A stretch of DNA of 47,078 nt from NCBI GenBank assembly GCA_964594465.1, contig CAZQMR010000001.1:1-47078 (forward strand), read 5' to 3'. The DNA comes from an uncultured Rhodobacterales bacterium (GTDB taxonomy: Bacteria > Pseudomonadota > Alphaproteobacteria > Rhodobacterales > Rhodobacteraceae). Shown here piece after piece: positions 26,628 through 36,665 of this stretch. Position 1 is the first letter of the stretch; every line of letters starts with the position of its first letter. The translations under genes were made by a program, and so were the position numbers. The notes beneath the pieces were generated by a model that was not told the origin of the DNA, did no database searches, and was given only the letters and a program-made list of their open reading frames with translations.

Positions 26628-28121
26628 CTATAGTGTGGCCAATTCCATGATTGAGACGTCATTTGCGTTCTCGCGAGACAAGATGCCTGACTGCTTGCCT
26701 TGCGCCATCACCATGATGCGGTTGGACACACCCAGCACTTCCTCTAGGTCCGAACTGACCACAATGACCGAAACGCCTTCATTGGCTAGGCCTACGATGA
26801 TGTCATAGATGGAGGAGCGTGCGCCAACATCAATGCCGCGCGTCGGCTCATCAAGTACCACCACGCGAGGATTGCGGGCTAGCCATTTGGCGATCACAAC
26901 CTTCTGTTGATTGCCGCCCGACATCTCATTGGCGTTCTGATGGCCTTGCCCCTTCACTCCGAATTTTGCGATATTCTCGCTGGCAAATCCGTTGACGCGC
27001 CGCGCGGAAACAAAGCCCGAGGGCGCGACTTCTTTCATATTGGCATAAGCGATGTTCTCCGCAATCCTGTGTTGCAGTACCAAACCCTGCTGTTTGCGGT
27101 CCTCTGGAACCATCACGATGCCCTTCTTGATCGCATCTTTGGGGCTGCGCGGGGTGATCTCTTGCCCATCCAGCAGAACCTGCCCACTCGCAATCGGGTC
27201 AATTCCGGTGATAGCGCGCACCAGTTCTGTGCGCCCGGCACCAATCAGACCCGCAATCCCGAAAATCTCGCCCTTTTGAACTTCAAAATTGACGTCCGAG
27301 AAATGACCAAGCCCCGAGCTTAGATCCCGCACATCCAGCACGGTTTCAGTCTTGGGCGTCGGAATCGCCGGGAACATCCGGTCAAGGCTGCGCCCAACCA
27401 TGGCCTCCACAATGCTGCGTACAGGCACATCCGCGCTGTCAAACTCCTGAACTTTCGCCCCATCACGCATCACCACAACACGATCCGCGATGCGTTTGAT
27501 CTCTTCGAGACGGTGGGAAATATAGATGATCCCCACGCCATCGGTTTTGAGCCGCTCGATCTGCTCGAAAAGCTTTGTGGTCTCGTCACCGCCCAAGGCT
27601 GCAGTTGGCTCATCCAGGATCAAAAGCCGCGCATTCAGCGTCAGCGCTTTTGCGATCTCAATAAGCTGCTGATTGGCCGTCGAAAGCCCCGCCACAAGAC
27701 GACGCGGCGAGACATCAAGCCCCAAGCGCTGAAGCCCTGCATGGGCGCGCTCTTCCATTGCGCGGCGATCCACAAAGCCAACGCGGGTCGGGTTGCGCCC
27801 GACAAAGATATTTTCAGCTATCGAAAGATGCGGCAGCAGCAGCAATTCCTGATGGATCATGCCCACGCCGCTGTTCAAAGCCTCCCGAGGGTTGGCGGGC
27901 GCATAAGGTGCGCCCTGCCAAGTCATTGTTCCAGACGAAGGGAGAACCGTGCCGGAAATGACATTTGAAACCGTAGATTTGCCAGCACCATTCTCGCCAA
28001 GCAATGCAACGACCTCGCCAGCGCAAACATCCAGATCAATTCCATGCAGCACTTCAATCAGCCCATAAGACTTCTTGATATTGCGCAAGGACAGGATCGG
28101 CGTCCTACTGTCAGGGGTCAT
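26628..28121 (-). CDS. Sugar ABC transporter ATP-binding protein with tandem NBDs (RbsA/MglA-like, CUT2)
   Basis: 497 aa. 'GENGAGKST' and 'LILDEPTAAL' in NBD1; 'MSGGNQQKV' and 'VVLDEPTRGID' in NBD2. Confidence 0.9.
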   Translation of the reverse strand: MTPDSRTPILSLRNIKKSYGLIEVLHGIDLDVCAGEVVALLGENGAGKSTVSNVISGTVLPSSGTMTWQGAPYAPANPREALNSGVGMIHQELLLLPHLSIAENIFVGRNPTRVGFVDRRAMEERAHAGLQRLGLDVSPRRLVAGLSTANQQLIEIAKALTLNARLLILDEPTAALGGDETTKLFEQIERLKTDGVGIIYISHRLEEIKRIADRVVVMRDGAKVQEFDSADVPVRSIVEAMVGRSLDRMFPAIPTPKTETVLDVRDLSSGLGHFSDVNFEVQKGEIFGIAGLIGAGRTELVRAITGIDPIASGQVLLDGQEITPRSPKDAIKKGIVMVPEDRKQQGLVLQHRIAENIAYANMKEVAPSGFVSARRVNGFASENIAKFGVKGQGHQNANEMSGGNQQKVVIAKWLARNPRVVVLDEPTRGIDVGARSSIYDIIVGLANEGVSVIVVSSDLEEVLGVSNRIMVMAQGKQSGILSRENANDVSIMELATL

Positions 28122-28160
28122 TGCAAGGCCTTTTGTTCTCTGGTGCTAGCAGGACTTGGT

Positions 28161-29105
28161 TTATGGGTGCTTCTCAACGAACTTTGCCGCATCGTTGCAT
28201 GTTGTCAGTACAGCGTTCGGGATCTGGCGCGCAGGCACAGAGGCACCATTTGCAACCGCAATCGCTGAGTTTACCGCTAGAACACCCATGGCTTGCGTGC
28301 TTTGTGTCGCGGTCACGATAAAGGGCGTGTCACAAGCCACCAGCGATTCCAGCGCGGCACCATCACCATCATAACCACCAACGATGACCTGATCTGAGAG
28401 ACCTGCAACCTCAACCGCTTTGGCAGCACCCATGGCAAGACCGTCCGCCTGACCAAAGATGATCTTGATGTCGGAATTTGCCTGCAACATGTTTTGAGCA
28501 ATGTTGAAGCCTTCATCCGGGGACCACTGCTGGCTCCACTGCTGGGCGACCAGCTCTACACCGGGGTTCTCGTCGATGGCCATTTTGCAGCCTTCAAAGC
28601 GCTGAACTTCTGGCGTTGTGCCTTTCTGGCCGTGGATCACCACCATTTTGCCACTGCCACCGGCAAGACCAATGATGTGGTCGCAAACCTGATAAGCCGA
28701 CAGGACGTTTTCGCCGTAAATCACCGTGTCACCCGGCGCGCCATCAGGCTCGCGGTCAACATTGATCACTGGGATGCCTTCTGCACGGGCCAGACGTGTT
28801 GGCACGGCCGCCGCAGCAGCACCCGCTGGGATATAGATAAACGCATCAATGCCTTGTGTGATCAAATCCTGAACCTGGCTCACCTGTGTCGCTGTGTCGT
28901 TCTTGGCATCCACTACGATGACATCAATCCCGAGCTTGCCCGCATAGCCTTCAACACCCAGTTTGATCTGGTTGAAGAAGTCAGCTTGTAGGTTTGGCAC
29001 AGCTAGACCAATCTTTTTCACACCACCCACACCATCAGCCGTAGCGGATGTTGCAAGGGCCGCAAACGCTGTTGCTGCCAATAGGCTTTTCACAATGTTC
29101 TTCAT
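28161..29105 (-). CDS. Sugar ABC transporter periplasmic binding protein (RbsB-like, type I PBP)
   Basis: ATG at 29105 preceded by AAGGAGGAG. Signal peptide 'MKNIVKSLLAATAFAALATSATA'. Confidence 0.85.
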   Translation of the reverse strand: MKNIVKSLLAATAFAALATSATADGVGGVKKIGLAVPNLQADFFNQIKLGVEGYAGKLGIDVIVVDAKNDTATQVSQVQDLITQGIDAFIYIPAGAAAAAVPTRLARAEGIPVINVDREPDGAPGDTVIYGENVLSAYQVCDHIIGLAGGSGKMVVIHGQKGTTPEVQRFEGCKMAIDENPGVELVAQQWSQQWSPDEGFNIAQNMLQANSDIKIIFGQADGLAMGAAKAVEVAGLSDQVIVGGYDGDGAALESLVACDTPFIVTATQSTQAMGVLAVNSAIAVANGASVPARQIPNAVLTTCNDAAKFVEKHP

Positions 29106-29188
29106 GGTTTTCTCCTCCTTGATGTTCGGCCCACCTGATCCGGTCAGGCCATCTTGTTGAAGGCGCTCGCAATCAGCGCCCGTCTCGT

Positions 29189-30172
29189 TCACACTCTCCG
29201 GTGTTTGAAAGTTTCCGCAGCCACAGCCAAAACAATGACCAGTCCAATGACGACTGCTTGCAAAAATGGTGAAACGCTGAGCAAATTCAGCCCATTGCGC
29301 AAAACGCCAATGATCAGCACCCCAATCAGCGTGCCCACGACACCCCCGGTGCCGCCCGAAAGACTTGTGCCGCCGATGACGACAGCGGCGATTGCATCCA
29401 GTTCATAGGCAACGCCAGAGCTCGGCTGTACCGAGTCCAGACGCGCGGCTAAAAGCACGCCCGCAAGGCCCGACAAAAGGGCGCAAACTGTATAAACCAT
29501 CACCGTTGTCAGCTTCACATTGACCCCGGCCAGCCGCGCCACTTCAGGGTTGCCGCCAATCGCGTAAAGCGCGCGCCCTTCTTTGCGAAAGCGCAAGAAC
29601 AGGATGGCGAGCACAAAAACCACCAGCATGACTGAGACTGTCATCGTCAAAAAACCCCATTGCCGGATGATCGCGCCCATATTGAACCAGGCCGGAAAGC
29701 CGATGATCTGCGAGCCATTGGTGATCATATTTGCAAGGCCCCGCGCGATGGACATCATCGCAAGCGTGGCAATAAAGGCAGGCACCGCGAATTCCGTGAT
29801 CAAAAGACCCGAAATCACGCCACAAAGCGCCGCCGCGATCAGCGCACCGCCGATGGCAACTGTCATGGACATGCCCGCCTCGACATTGAGATAGCCCAGC
29901 ACCATCATCGCAAGGGCCATCACCGAGCCAACCGACAAGTCAATTCCGCCAATCAGAATCACAAATGTCATGCCCACAGCCATAATCCCAAGCACGGTGA
30001 TCTGGTCTGCAATGTTCAGAAAATTGCGAAAAGACAGAAAAGCGTCCGTGGCAAAGGACAAGAAAACGCAAAGCAGGATAAGCCCGATGAGCGGGCCGGT
30101 TGCACCGCTGAGCGAAAAGAACTGGGACAGCCTTGCCCTCCCGCTTGGGCCGGGAATTTCCGTGGTGCTCAT
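29189..30172 (-). CDS. Sugar ABC transporter permease (RbsC-like)
   Basis: ATG at 30172 preceded by GGGAGGA. About 10 hydrophobic segments, with glycine-rich 'GGTSLSGGTGGVVGT'. Confidence 0.85.
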   Translation of the reverse strand: MSTTEIPGPSGRARLSQFFSLSGATGPLIGLILLCVFLSFATDAFLSFRNFLNIADQITVLGIMAVGMTFVILIGGIDLSVGSVMALAMMVLGYLNVEAGMSMTVAIGGALIAAALCGVISGLLITEFAVPAFIATLAMMSIARGLANMITNGSQIIGFPAWFNMGAIIRQWGFLTMTVSVMLVVFVLAILFLRFRKEGRALYAIGGNPEVARLAGVNVKLTTVMVYTVCALLSGLAGVLLAARLDSVQPSSGVAYELDAIAAVVIGGTSLSGGTGGVVGTLIGVLIIGVLRNGLNLLSVSPFLQAVVIGLVIVLAVAAETFKHRRV

Positions 30173-30358
30173 CAATCCTCCCACTGCGAATAATTATGCA
30201 TTGTCGAGATTAAATGCTAGGCGAAGGATATGAGCCTGTCAACGTCCCAAAACATTTCAGCGACCTAAGACTGATGTAAGCTGCTAACCTCTCAGAACGG
30301 CTTGACAGATTCGGTATTGCATGTTTTCTTATATGTGAATTTTTATACAGGGACGCGT

Positions 30359-31180
30359 ATGAACTCCGCTCAACTCCGTGCTCAAGCCAACAAGATGAGG
30401 CGCCGCGATGTGCAAGCCGTCTATGAGGCGGGTGCGGGGCATGTGGGTGGCGAAATGTCTGTTATGGATCTGCTCACAGCGCTCTATTTCGACATTCTGT
30501 CCGTGGATCCCGCCGCGCCAAATGACCCAAAGCGTGACCGCTTTGTGCTGAGCAAAGGCCACACAGCGCTCGCGCTCTACATCGTGCTGTCCGAACGGGG
30601 CTTCATCCCGAAAGAGGAAATCAAAACCTTCCTGCAGCCCCATTCGCGCCTCAACGGTCACCCAAACCGAACGAAAGTCCCCGGCGTGGAAACCAACACC
30701 GGTCCTTTGGGCCATGGCCTGCCCATAGGCGTTGGCATGGCGCAGGCAGCCAAGCTGAACGGCGAAAGCTGGCGCACTTTCGTCATCACTGGGGATGGTG
30801 AAATGCAAGAGGGCTCCAATTGGGAAGCCATCATGGCCGCCGCTCAGTTCAAGCTTGATAACCTCACGCTCATCATTGACCATAATCGCCTGCAACAAGG
30901 CGCGCGTCTTGCCGACACCAATGACCTTGCACCGCTTCGCCCCAAGCTGGAGGCTTTTGGCTGGGCGGTTCAGGAAATTGACGGCCATGACATGGATGAG
31001 ATCTGCACCGCGCTGGCAGCCGACAAGATAACGCTGGGCAAACCGACCTGCATCGTTGCCCATACGAACAAGGGACACGGCATTTCCTTCATGTCGGACA
31101 ATGTCGCTTGGCATCACAAAGTTCCCAACGAGGTGCAGTATTGGCAGGCCATGGCCGAACTTGAGGACGCCGCCCCATGA
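30359..31180 (+). CDS. Transketolase, N-terminal subunit of a split transketolase (copy 2, canonical motifs)
   Basis: 'GAGHVGGEMS', 'SKGH', 'GPLGHGL', and 'GDGEMQEGSNWEA...NLTLIIDHN'. ATG at 30359. Confidence 0.9.
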   Translation: MNSAQLRAQANKMRRRDVQAVYEAGAGHVGGEMSVMDLLTALYFDILSVDPAAPNDPKRDRFVLSKGHTALALYIVLSERGFIPKEEIKTFLQPHSRLNGHPNRTKVPGVETNTGPLGHGLPIGVGMAQAAKLNGESWRTFVITGDGEMQEGSNWEAIMAAAQFKLDNLTLIIDHNRLQQGARLADTNDLAPLRPKLEAFGWAVQEIDGHDMDEICTALAADKITLGKPTCIVAHTNKGHGISFMSDNVAWHHKVPNEVQYWQAMAELEDAAP

Positions 31181-32136
31181 ACGCTCCTTTGGAAGGTGCC
31201 AAGCTGTTTGATTGCCGCGATGCCTTTGTGAGCACACTAGAAGCGCTTGGCGCTTCAAACACAGACATCGTTGCTGTCTGCAACGATTCCGTTGGTTCCT
31301 CCAAGCTGGCAGGTTTTCGCGACAAGTACCCAGGGCGCCTGATCAATGTCGGCATCGCTGAGCAGAATATGGTCGGTGTTGGCGCGGGCCTTGCCAACGG
31401 CGGGAAAATTCCCTTCGTCTGCGCCGCCGCGCCCTTCCTGACTGGCCGCGCACTTGAACAGATCAAGGCGGATGTTGCTTATTCAGAATCTAACGTAAAG
31501 CTCGTTGGGATCAGCTCGGGCATGGCCTATGGCACCCTTGGCGCAACCCATCACTCGATCGAGGATTTCGCCTGGATCCGCGCGCTCCCGAATGTGCCTG
31601 TGATTGCTCCTGCGGATCGCATCGAAACCGCAGCCGCCGTGACATGGGCAGCGGATCATGAAGGTGGATGCTTTTTGCGCCTCAGCCGTGTTGGCGTGCC
31701 AGATCTTCTTCCCGAAGATCACAGATTCACGCTGGGCCGCGCGAACATGCTGCGCGACGGTTCGGATGTAACGATCATTGCCAACGGCACCCTAACCCAC
31801 CGCGCCCTGAGTGCGGCCGCAGTTTTGAGCGCGCAAAACATCACAGCGCGTGTTCTCAATATGGCAACGGTGCGCCCTATCGACAGCGCGGCCATCGTAG
31901 CCGCTGCAAAAGACACCAGCGCGATCCTTACATGCGAAGAACATACCGTCTTTGGCGGCCTTGGTAGTGCGGTGGCTGAGGTCGTTGTCGACCAAATTCC
32001 GGTCCCCATGACGCGCCTTGGCGTGCCCGGCATCTTTGCCCCAACAGGAGATGCAAATTTCCTCCTTGATGAGTTTGGCATGTCACCGGATGGTATCGCA
32101 CAAAGCGCAACTGAACTCCTGAAGCGAAAGGCCTGA
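31177..32136 (+). CDS. Transketolase, C-terminal subunit (copy 2)
   Basis: ATGA overlap with the upstream gene. 'NVGIAEQNMVGVGAGLA' and 'GATHHSIEDFA'. Confidence 0.9.
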   Translation: MNAPLEGAKLFDCRDAFVSTLEALGASNTDIVAVCNDSVGSSKLAGFRDKYPGRLINVGIAEQNMVGVGAGLANGGKIPFVCAAAPFLTGRALEQIKADVAYSESNVKLVGISSGMAYGTLGATHHSIEDFAWIRALPNVPVIAPADRIETAAAVTWAADHEGGCFLRLSRVGVPDLLPEDHRFTLGRANMLRDGSDVTIIANGTLTHRALSAAAVLSAQNITARVLNMATVRPIDSAAIVAAAKDTSAILTCEEHTVFGGLGSAVAEVVVDQIPVPMTRLGVPGIFAPTGDANFLLDEFGMSPDGIAQSATELLKRKA

Positions 32137-32138
32137 GC

Positions 32139-33602
32139 GTGGCACAAAAGGTCGTCCTGGCAATTGATGAAGGCACGACCAATTCCAAGGCCGTGCTTGT
32201 GAACCACGCCGGAGACATCATTACAAGTGCCTCAGCGCCGGTTCCCATCACTCATCCCCAATCCGGCTGGGTCGAACAGGACGCCAATGAGATCTGGACC
32301 GCCACGACAACCGCGATATTCGACTGCCTGAAACAAGCGCATGGCGCAGAAATCATCGCCCTTGGTATCGCAAACCAACGCGAATCCATCCTCATCTGGG
32401 ACCGCAAAACCGGCAAACCGCTCGGCCCGGTGGTTACATGGCAGTGCCGCCGCACCGCACCCGCATGCGAAGAGCTAAAACAAGCGGGCCACGAGCCAGC
32501 CGTCATCGCTAAAACCGGCCTGCCGCTCGACCCGATGTTCCCCCCAACCAAAGCGGCTTGGTTAATGGAAAACCATGCCAGCATTGGGCAGGAAATCTGC
32601 ATCGGTACAGTGGACAGCTGGCTGATCTGGAAACTCTCTGGCCAGCGTATCCACGCCACTGATCGCTCAAACGCGGCACGAACGCAGTTGTTCAACTTGG
32701 CTGACCGGTGCTGGGACGCGGAACTCTGCGCCCTTTTTGGCGTCACCCTAGAAAACCTGCCAGAGGTCTTTGACTCCTCACATATCTTCGGTGAAACCCA
32801 AGGCACCGACGTAATGCCCGATGGTGTTCCCATTGCCTCCGCCATAGGCGACTCCCACGCTGCCCTATTCGGGCACGGCGCATTTGGCACGGGGGACGGC
32901 AAGATCACCTTTGGCACCGGCTCGTCAGTTATGACAACCGTGCCAACCTTTACCACCCCGCCCAAAGGCATCACCACCACAATCGCGTGGTCGCTCAACG
33001 GCACATCCACCTACGCCTTTGAGGGGAACATCCTTGTTAGCGCCGCGATATTCCCCTGGACCGCCGAATTGCTGGGGCTAGCAAGCGTGGATGCACTTCT
33101 TGATTTGGCGCAGACGGTGGAAGATGCCGGCGGTGTCTCGCTGGTGCCGGCACATGTTGGTCTTGGCTCACCCCATTGGGACAGCCATGCACGCGGTCTG
33201 ATCTCTGGCCTCTCGTTCAATTCAAAGCATGCGCATATTGCACGCGCATCCGCAGACAGCCTCGCCCATCAGGTGGCCGATATTTATGAGATCATGGCCA
33301 ACATAGGGTCTGATATCGGGCGCCTGTTTGTGGATGGTGGCCCAAGCAAAAACCCGTTCCTGATGCAGCTTGTTGCCGACAGTCTTGGCAAAGCCGTCAC
33401 ACCTTGTCGCAACTCAGAAGCCTCAGCGCTGGGGGCCGCGCATTTGGCAGGACTGGCGACTGGATTCTGGCCGGACCTGGCCGCCCTTTCAGGGCTTGCA
33501 GCCCATGGTGAGCCCTACGCACCACAGAGGAGCACTCAAAACCACCAAGCCGCGCGAGCCTCGTGGCAGGAAGCCATTGCTCGCACCAGATTTCGACTAT
33601 AG
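32139..33602 (+). CDS. FGGY-family carbohydrate kinase (glycerol-kinase-like)
   Basis: GTG start 2 nt after the TK stop. 'LAIDEGTTNSK', 'GIANQRESILIWD', 'VTWQCRRTA' and 'VDGGPSKNPFLMQLVAD'. Confidence 0.85.
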   Translation: MAQKVVLAIDEGTTNSKAVLVNHAGDIITSASAPVPITHPQSGWVEQDANEIWTATTTAIFDCLKQAHGAEIIALGIANQRESILIWDRKTGKPLGPVVTWQCRRTAPACEELKQAGHEPAVIAKTGLPLDPMFPPTKAAWLMENHASIGQEICIGTVDSWLIWKLSGQRIHATDRSNAARTQLFNLADRCWDAELCALFGVTLENLPEVFDSSHIFGETQGTDVMPDGVPIASAIGDSHAALFGHGAFGTGDGKITFGTGSSVMTTVPTFTTPPKGITTTIAWSLNGTSTYAFEGNILVSAAIFPWTAELLGLASVDALLDLAQTVEDAGGVSLVPAHVGLGSPHWDSHARGLISGLSFNSKHAHIARASADSLAHQVADIYEIMANIGSDIGRLFVDGGPSKNPFLMQLVADSLGKAVTPCRNSEASALGAAHLAGLATGFWPDLAALSGLAAHGEPYAPQRSTQNHQAARASWQEAIARTRFRL

Positions 33603-33617
33603 TGAATATATATTCAC
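33602..33617. promoter_or_regulatory. Perfect 16-bp palindrome GTGAATATATATTCAC; candidate SorC operator
   Basis: Begins at the last base of the kinase stop codon and ends 21 nt upstream of the SorC ATG. A half-site-like TGTGAAT also occurs at ~30336-30342, upstream of TK copy 2. Confidence 0.5.
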
Positions 33618-33638
33618 ATAAATTCGAAAGCACGCCAC

Positions 33639-34616
33639 ATGTCCCGCCTGAACGAACTTAGAATGATCGCCCGTGTCGCTCAGATGTATCATGTGGAAAA
33701 TCAGCGCCAGGCAGATATCGCCAAGCATTTGCGGATGTCCCAAGCGACGGTGTCGCGGATGCTCAAACGCGCGCAGGAAGAGGAAATCGTCCGCACCACG
33801 GTGATTTCTCCCTCTGGAACCTACGCAGATCTGGAAACAGGCTTGCGCAAGAGCTTTGGCCTCACCGAAGCGATTGTGGTTGAGTGCTCAGAGGACAGCG
33901 ATGGCCCGATCATGGCGCGCATAGGCGAGGCGGCCGCGCATTTCATTGAGGCCACGCTCCAGCCCGAAGAAGTCATCGGCGTGTCCAGCTGGTCTGAAAC
34001 CATCCTCAAAATGGTCGACAACATCCACCCGATGAAGTCCGGCAAGGCAAAACAAATCGTGCAAACGCTGGGCGGCATGGGTGATCCGACCGTGCAGATC
34101 CACGCCAACCAATTGACCACACGGCTCGCCAAACTCACGGGCGGTGAAGCCCATCTCCTAAGCGCGCCGGGTGTCGCCCAATCGCGCGAGGCCAAGCTGG
34201 TGCTGCTGAGCGATACCTATGTTCGTGAAACCATGGAACTCTTCACCAAGGTCACGCTTGCCATCGTCGGCATCGGTGCGATTGAGCCATCGAGTATGTT
34301 GTCGCGCAGCGGCAATGTTTTCACCTCTAGAGAACTGGCGGAGGTCAAGGATGCAGGTGGCGTCGGAGACATCAGCTTGCGCTTCTTTGATGCAGAAGGT
34401 CACACAGTCAAAACACCGATGGACGACCGGGTGATTGGCATGTCCCTTGAAGAACTGTCTCAGATTGGCCGGGTCATCGCGCTTGCTGGCGGTGCGTCAA
34501 AAACGGCAGCGATCAAAGGCGCGCTGCGCACCGGTGTCATCGACCTATTGGTGACGGACAAATTCACGGCGGACCGCCTCTTGACCCCGCCCGAGGTAAA
34601 CACATCAGCGGAGTAG
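33639..34616 (+). CDS. SorC-family (sugar-binding) transcriptional regulator
   Basis: N-terminal HTH 'QADIAKHLRMSQATVSRMLKRAQ' plus a ~250-aa SorC/DeoR-type effector domain. Confidence 0.85.
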   Translation: MSRLNELRMIARVAQMYHVENQRQADIAKHLRMSQATVSRMLKRAQEEEIVRTTVISPSGTYADLETGLRKSFGLTEAIVVECSEDSDGPIMARIGEAAAHFIEATLQPEEVIGVSSWSETILKMVDNIHPMKSGKAKQIVQTLGGMGDPTVQIHANQLTTRLAKLTGGEAHLLSAPGVAQSREAKLVLLSDTYVRETMELFTKVTLAIVGIGAIEPSSMLSRSGNVFTSRELAEVKDAGGVGDISLRFFDAEGHTVKTPMDDRVIGMSLEELSQIGRVIALAGGASKTAAIKGALRTGVIDLLVTDKFTADRLLTPPEVNTSAE

Positions 34617-34621
34617 ATATC

Positions 34622-35404
34622 ATGTCCAGATTTTCAGACAAAACAGTTGTCGTTACAGGTGGCAACAAAGGCATTGGTTACGCGATCGCAGAGCGCTTCG
34701 CCTCGGAGGGGGCAAACCTCGTCATCGCCTCCGTAGAGGAACAGGCGCACGAGGCGGCTGCCGTCCTGTCCGAAAACGGCGCCCTTGTGAAAGGCTTTGT
34801 TTGCGATGTTTCCGATCTTGAGCAGGTCAAAGCGCTTTACGCTCATGCCACAGAGGCTTTCGGCGGGATCGACGTGTCTGTCCAAAACGCCGGGATCATC
34901 ACCATCGCCAAGGTCGAGGATCTCACCGAAGCGGAATGGGACGCAACGATGGACGTGAACACCAAAGGCGTGTTCCTTTGCTGCCAAGAGGCGATCCGGC
35001 ATATGCGCAGCGCTGGTAAGGGTGGCAGCCTGATCAACACCGCCTCAGGCCAAGCCCGTGACGGCTTCATCTACACGCCCCATTACGCGGCCTCCAAGTT
35101 CGGTGTGATGGGTCTGTCGCAAAGCCTTGCCAAAGAGGTGGCGCTGGATGGCATCACGGTAAATGCCATCTGCCCGGGCATCATCAAGACCGATATGTGG
35201 GATTACAACGACCGTGTCTGGGGCAAAATGCTGGGTGATTTCGGCCCCGGTGAGTTGATGGAAAGCTGGGTGCAGAACATCCCGATGAAACGCGCCGGCG
35301 AGGGCCGCGATGTGGCGGGACTGGTGGCGTTTCTGGCCAGTCCGGATGCATCCTATATCACAGGGCAGACCATCAACGTGGATGGCGGGCTAATCATGTC
35401 CTGA
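34622..35404 (+). CDS. Short-chain dehydrogenase/reductase (sorbitol-6-P / polyol dehydrogenase-like)
   Basis: 'VVTGGNKGIGYAIA', 'NAGI', 'YAASKFG' and 'PGIIKTDMW'. Confidence 0.85.
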   Translation: MSRFSDKTVVVTGGNKGIGYAIAERFASEGANLVIASVEEQAHEAAAVLSENGALVKGFVCDVSDLEQVKALYAHATEAFGGIDVSVQNAGIITIAKVEDLTEAEWDATMDVNTKGVFLCCQEAIRHMRSAGKGGSLINTASGQARDGFIYTPHYAASKFGVMGLSQSLAKEVALDGITVNAICPGIIKTDMWDYNDRVWGKMLGDFGPGELMESWVQNIPMKRAGEGRDVAGLVAFLASPDASYITGQTINVDGGLIMS

Positions 35405-35465
35405 TCGCAACGTAAGTTGTGCTTTTTTCGAGTCTTGAAGTGGAATGGGTGACTAAGGGATACCG

Positions 35466-36665
35466 TCAATCATGCAGGTAGTTTTCCGCAAAGCTCCCAA
35501 TACTGCAACGTCTCAACCGGACATCTGCCTGAGACATTGGCAGGGTTGTCGAACCGACCGTGGGTTGATCCGACATGTGTACAATTTTCACATCAGGGAT
35601 ACCGTCGCACCAAGTGTCTGCGATTAACTTCTCGTATTCGACCGTTTCAAAGACATCACTTTTCGTGCAGAGCAAAAGCTGAAGCGCGCCATCTTTGCGT
35701 GCAATCATTGGAAAATGCTCACAAAATGTAACTGCTGCGGGTGTATTGTTTGGCTTGAAAAGAATGGAATCGATGCTGAACGTGTCTTCAGCGGCAGCAC
35801 CCCATTTCCGCTTGAACTGGAACAAGCCATCATTCGGAAATGCGCGGGTTCCTAGGAAGTTCACGAATTTGTAGCCATGTTCAAAGGCGTATTGCAGACT
35901 AAAGTAATACAGCGCTTGCATCGCGGCCACAGGAGGATTTTCAAGGAAAGCCTTAGGCATGCCTGTTGCCAAAAGGCGCAGTGTATCACCGTGTGGGAAG
36001 TAAACCCCGGCTGCTACCACGCCGTCGTCGTCAACAACTTGCACGATTGTGCCATCTCGGGCGCGTTGTTCGATTATTGCTCGGGGCGTGAGATGTGTTT
36101 CGTCTTCATGACGTGATTTTATGAAGGTTACATAGAGTGTCTCGTAAAAGCTCTTAATGATGGTCGGATCGTTCGTCGGAACGCTTCGATAGTTGTTTTT
36201 GCGAATAAGGCGGCCAATGTTCTTGCGGATCGTTTTGCGAAAGTTTTGTTTGGTTTCATCCCAAGTCGTTTTCAGGGATACGGTCATGCAAATGTAGTCC
36301 GGCAATTCGAGGTATTCGTCGTTCTTGTTTATGCGACTATTGTAGGGCCAGCCGACGTCAACGAAGACAACATCTGCATCGTGTTCTTCAGCAACAATAG
36401 CCTTATGGAACGAAAACAGGTTTGATTTTTTGGACCGGAGCGTTTCAACCTCATTGAAAAACTTCTTTTTGAAATGCGACAGGTTCAGCCGCCTGCCCAC
36501 ATAAAGCATCGTAATTGTTTCGCCGCTTATGGGCATTTGACCACGAAGGGTCACAACATCGACTTTGAACGCAAAAATCGCGACCAGCGTTTCCCGGGTT
36601 TCTTCCCACCAATGAGCAAGTAGAGCGCGCGGTTTACCCAAAACCGCAGTTAAATTCATGGCCAT
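35466..36665 (-). CDS. FemAB/CelD-like GNAT-fold acyl- or aminoacyl-transferase (tentative)
   Basis: ATG at 36665 preceded by AAAGG. C-terminal 'GYKFVNFLGTRAFPNDGLFQFKRKWGA' resembles the FK..(W/F)G motif of the BioF2-like/FemAB acetyltransferase family. The coding sequence is AT-rich compared with its neighbours. Confidence 0.45.
   Translation of the reverse strand: MAMNLTAVLGKPRALLAHWWEETRETLVAIFAFKVDVVTLRGQMPISGETITMLYVGRRLNLSHFKKKFFNEVETLRSKKSNLFSFHKAIVAEEHDADVVFVDVGWPYNSRINKNDEYLELPDYICMTVSLKTTWDETKQNFRKTIRKNIGRLIRKNNYRSVPTNDPTIIKSFYETLYVTFIKSRHEDETHLTPRAIIEQRARDGTIVQVVDDDGVVAAGVYFPHGDTLRLLATGMPKAFLENPPVAAMQALYYFSLQYAFEHGYKFVNFLGTRAFPNDGLFQFKRKWGAAAEDTFSIDSILFKPNNTPAAVTFCEHFPMIARKDGALQLLLCTKSDVFETVEYEKLIADTWCDGIPDVKIVHMSDQPTVGSTTLPMSQADVRLRRCSIGSFAENYLHD

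Noticed and set aside
30185-30358. A sigma-70-like promoter (TTGACA at 30301-30306) for TK copy 2
   Set aside because: No convincing -10 hexamer lies at 16-18-nt spacing, so it is too weak to list as a feature.
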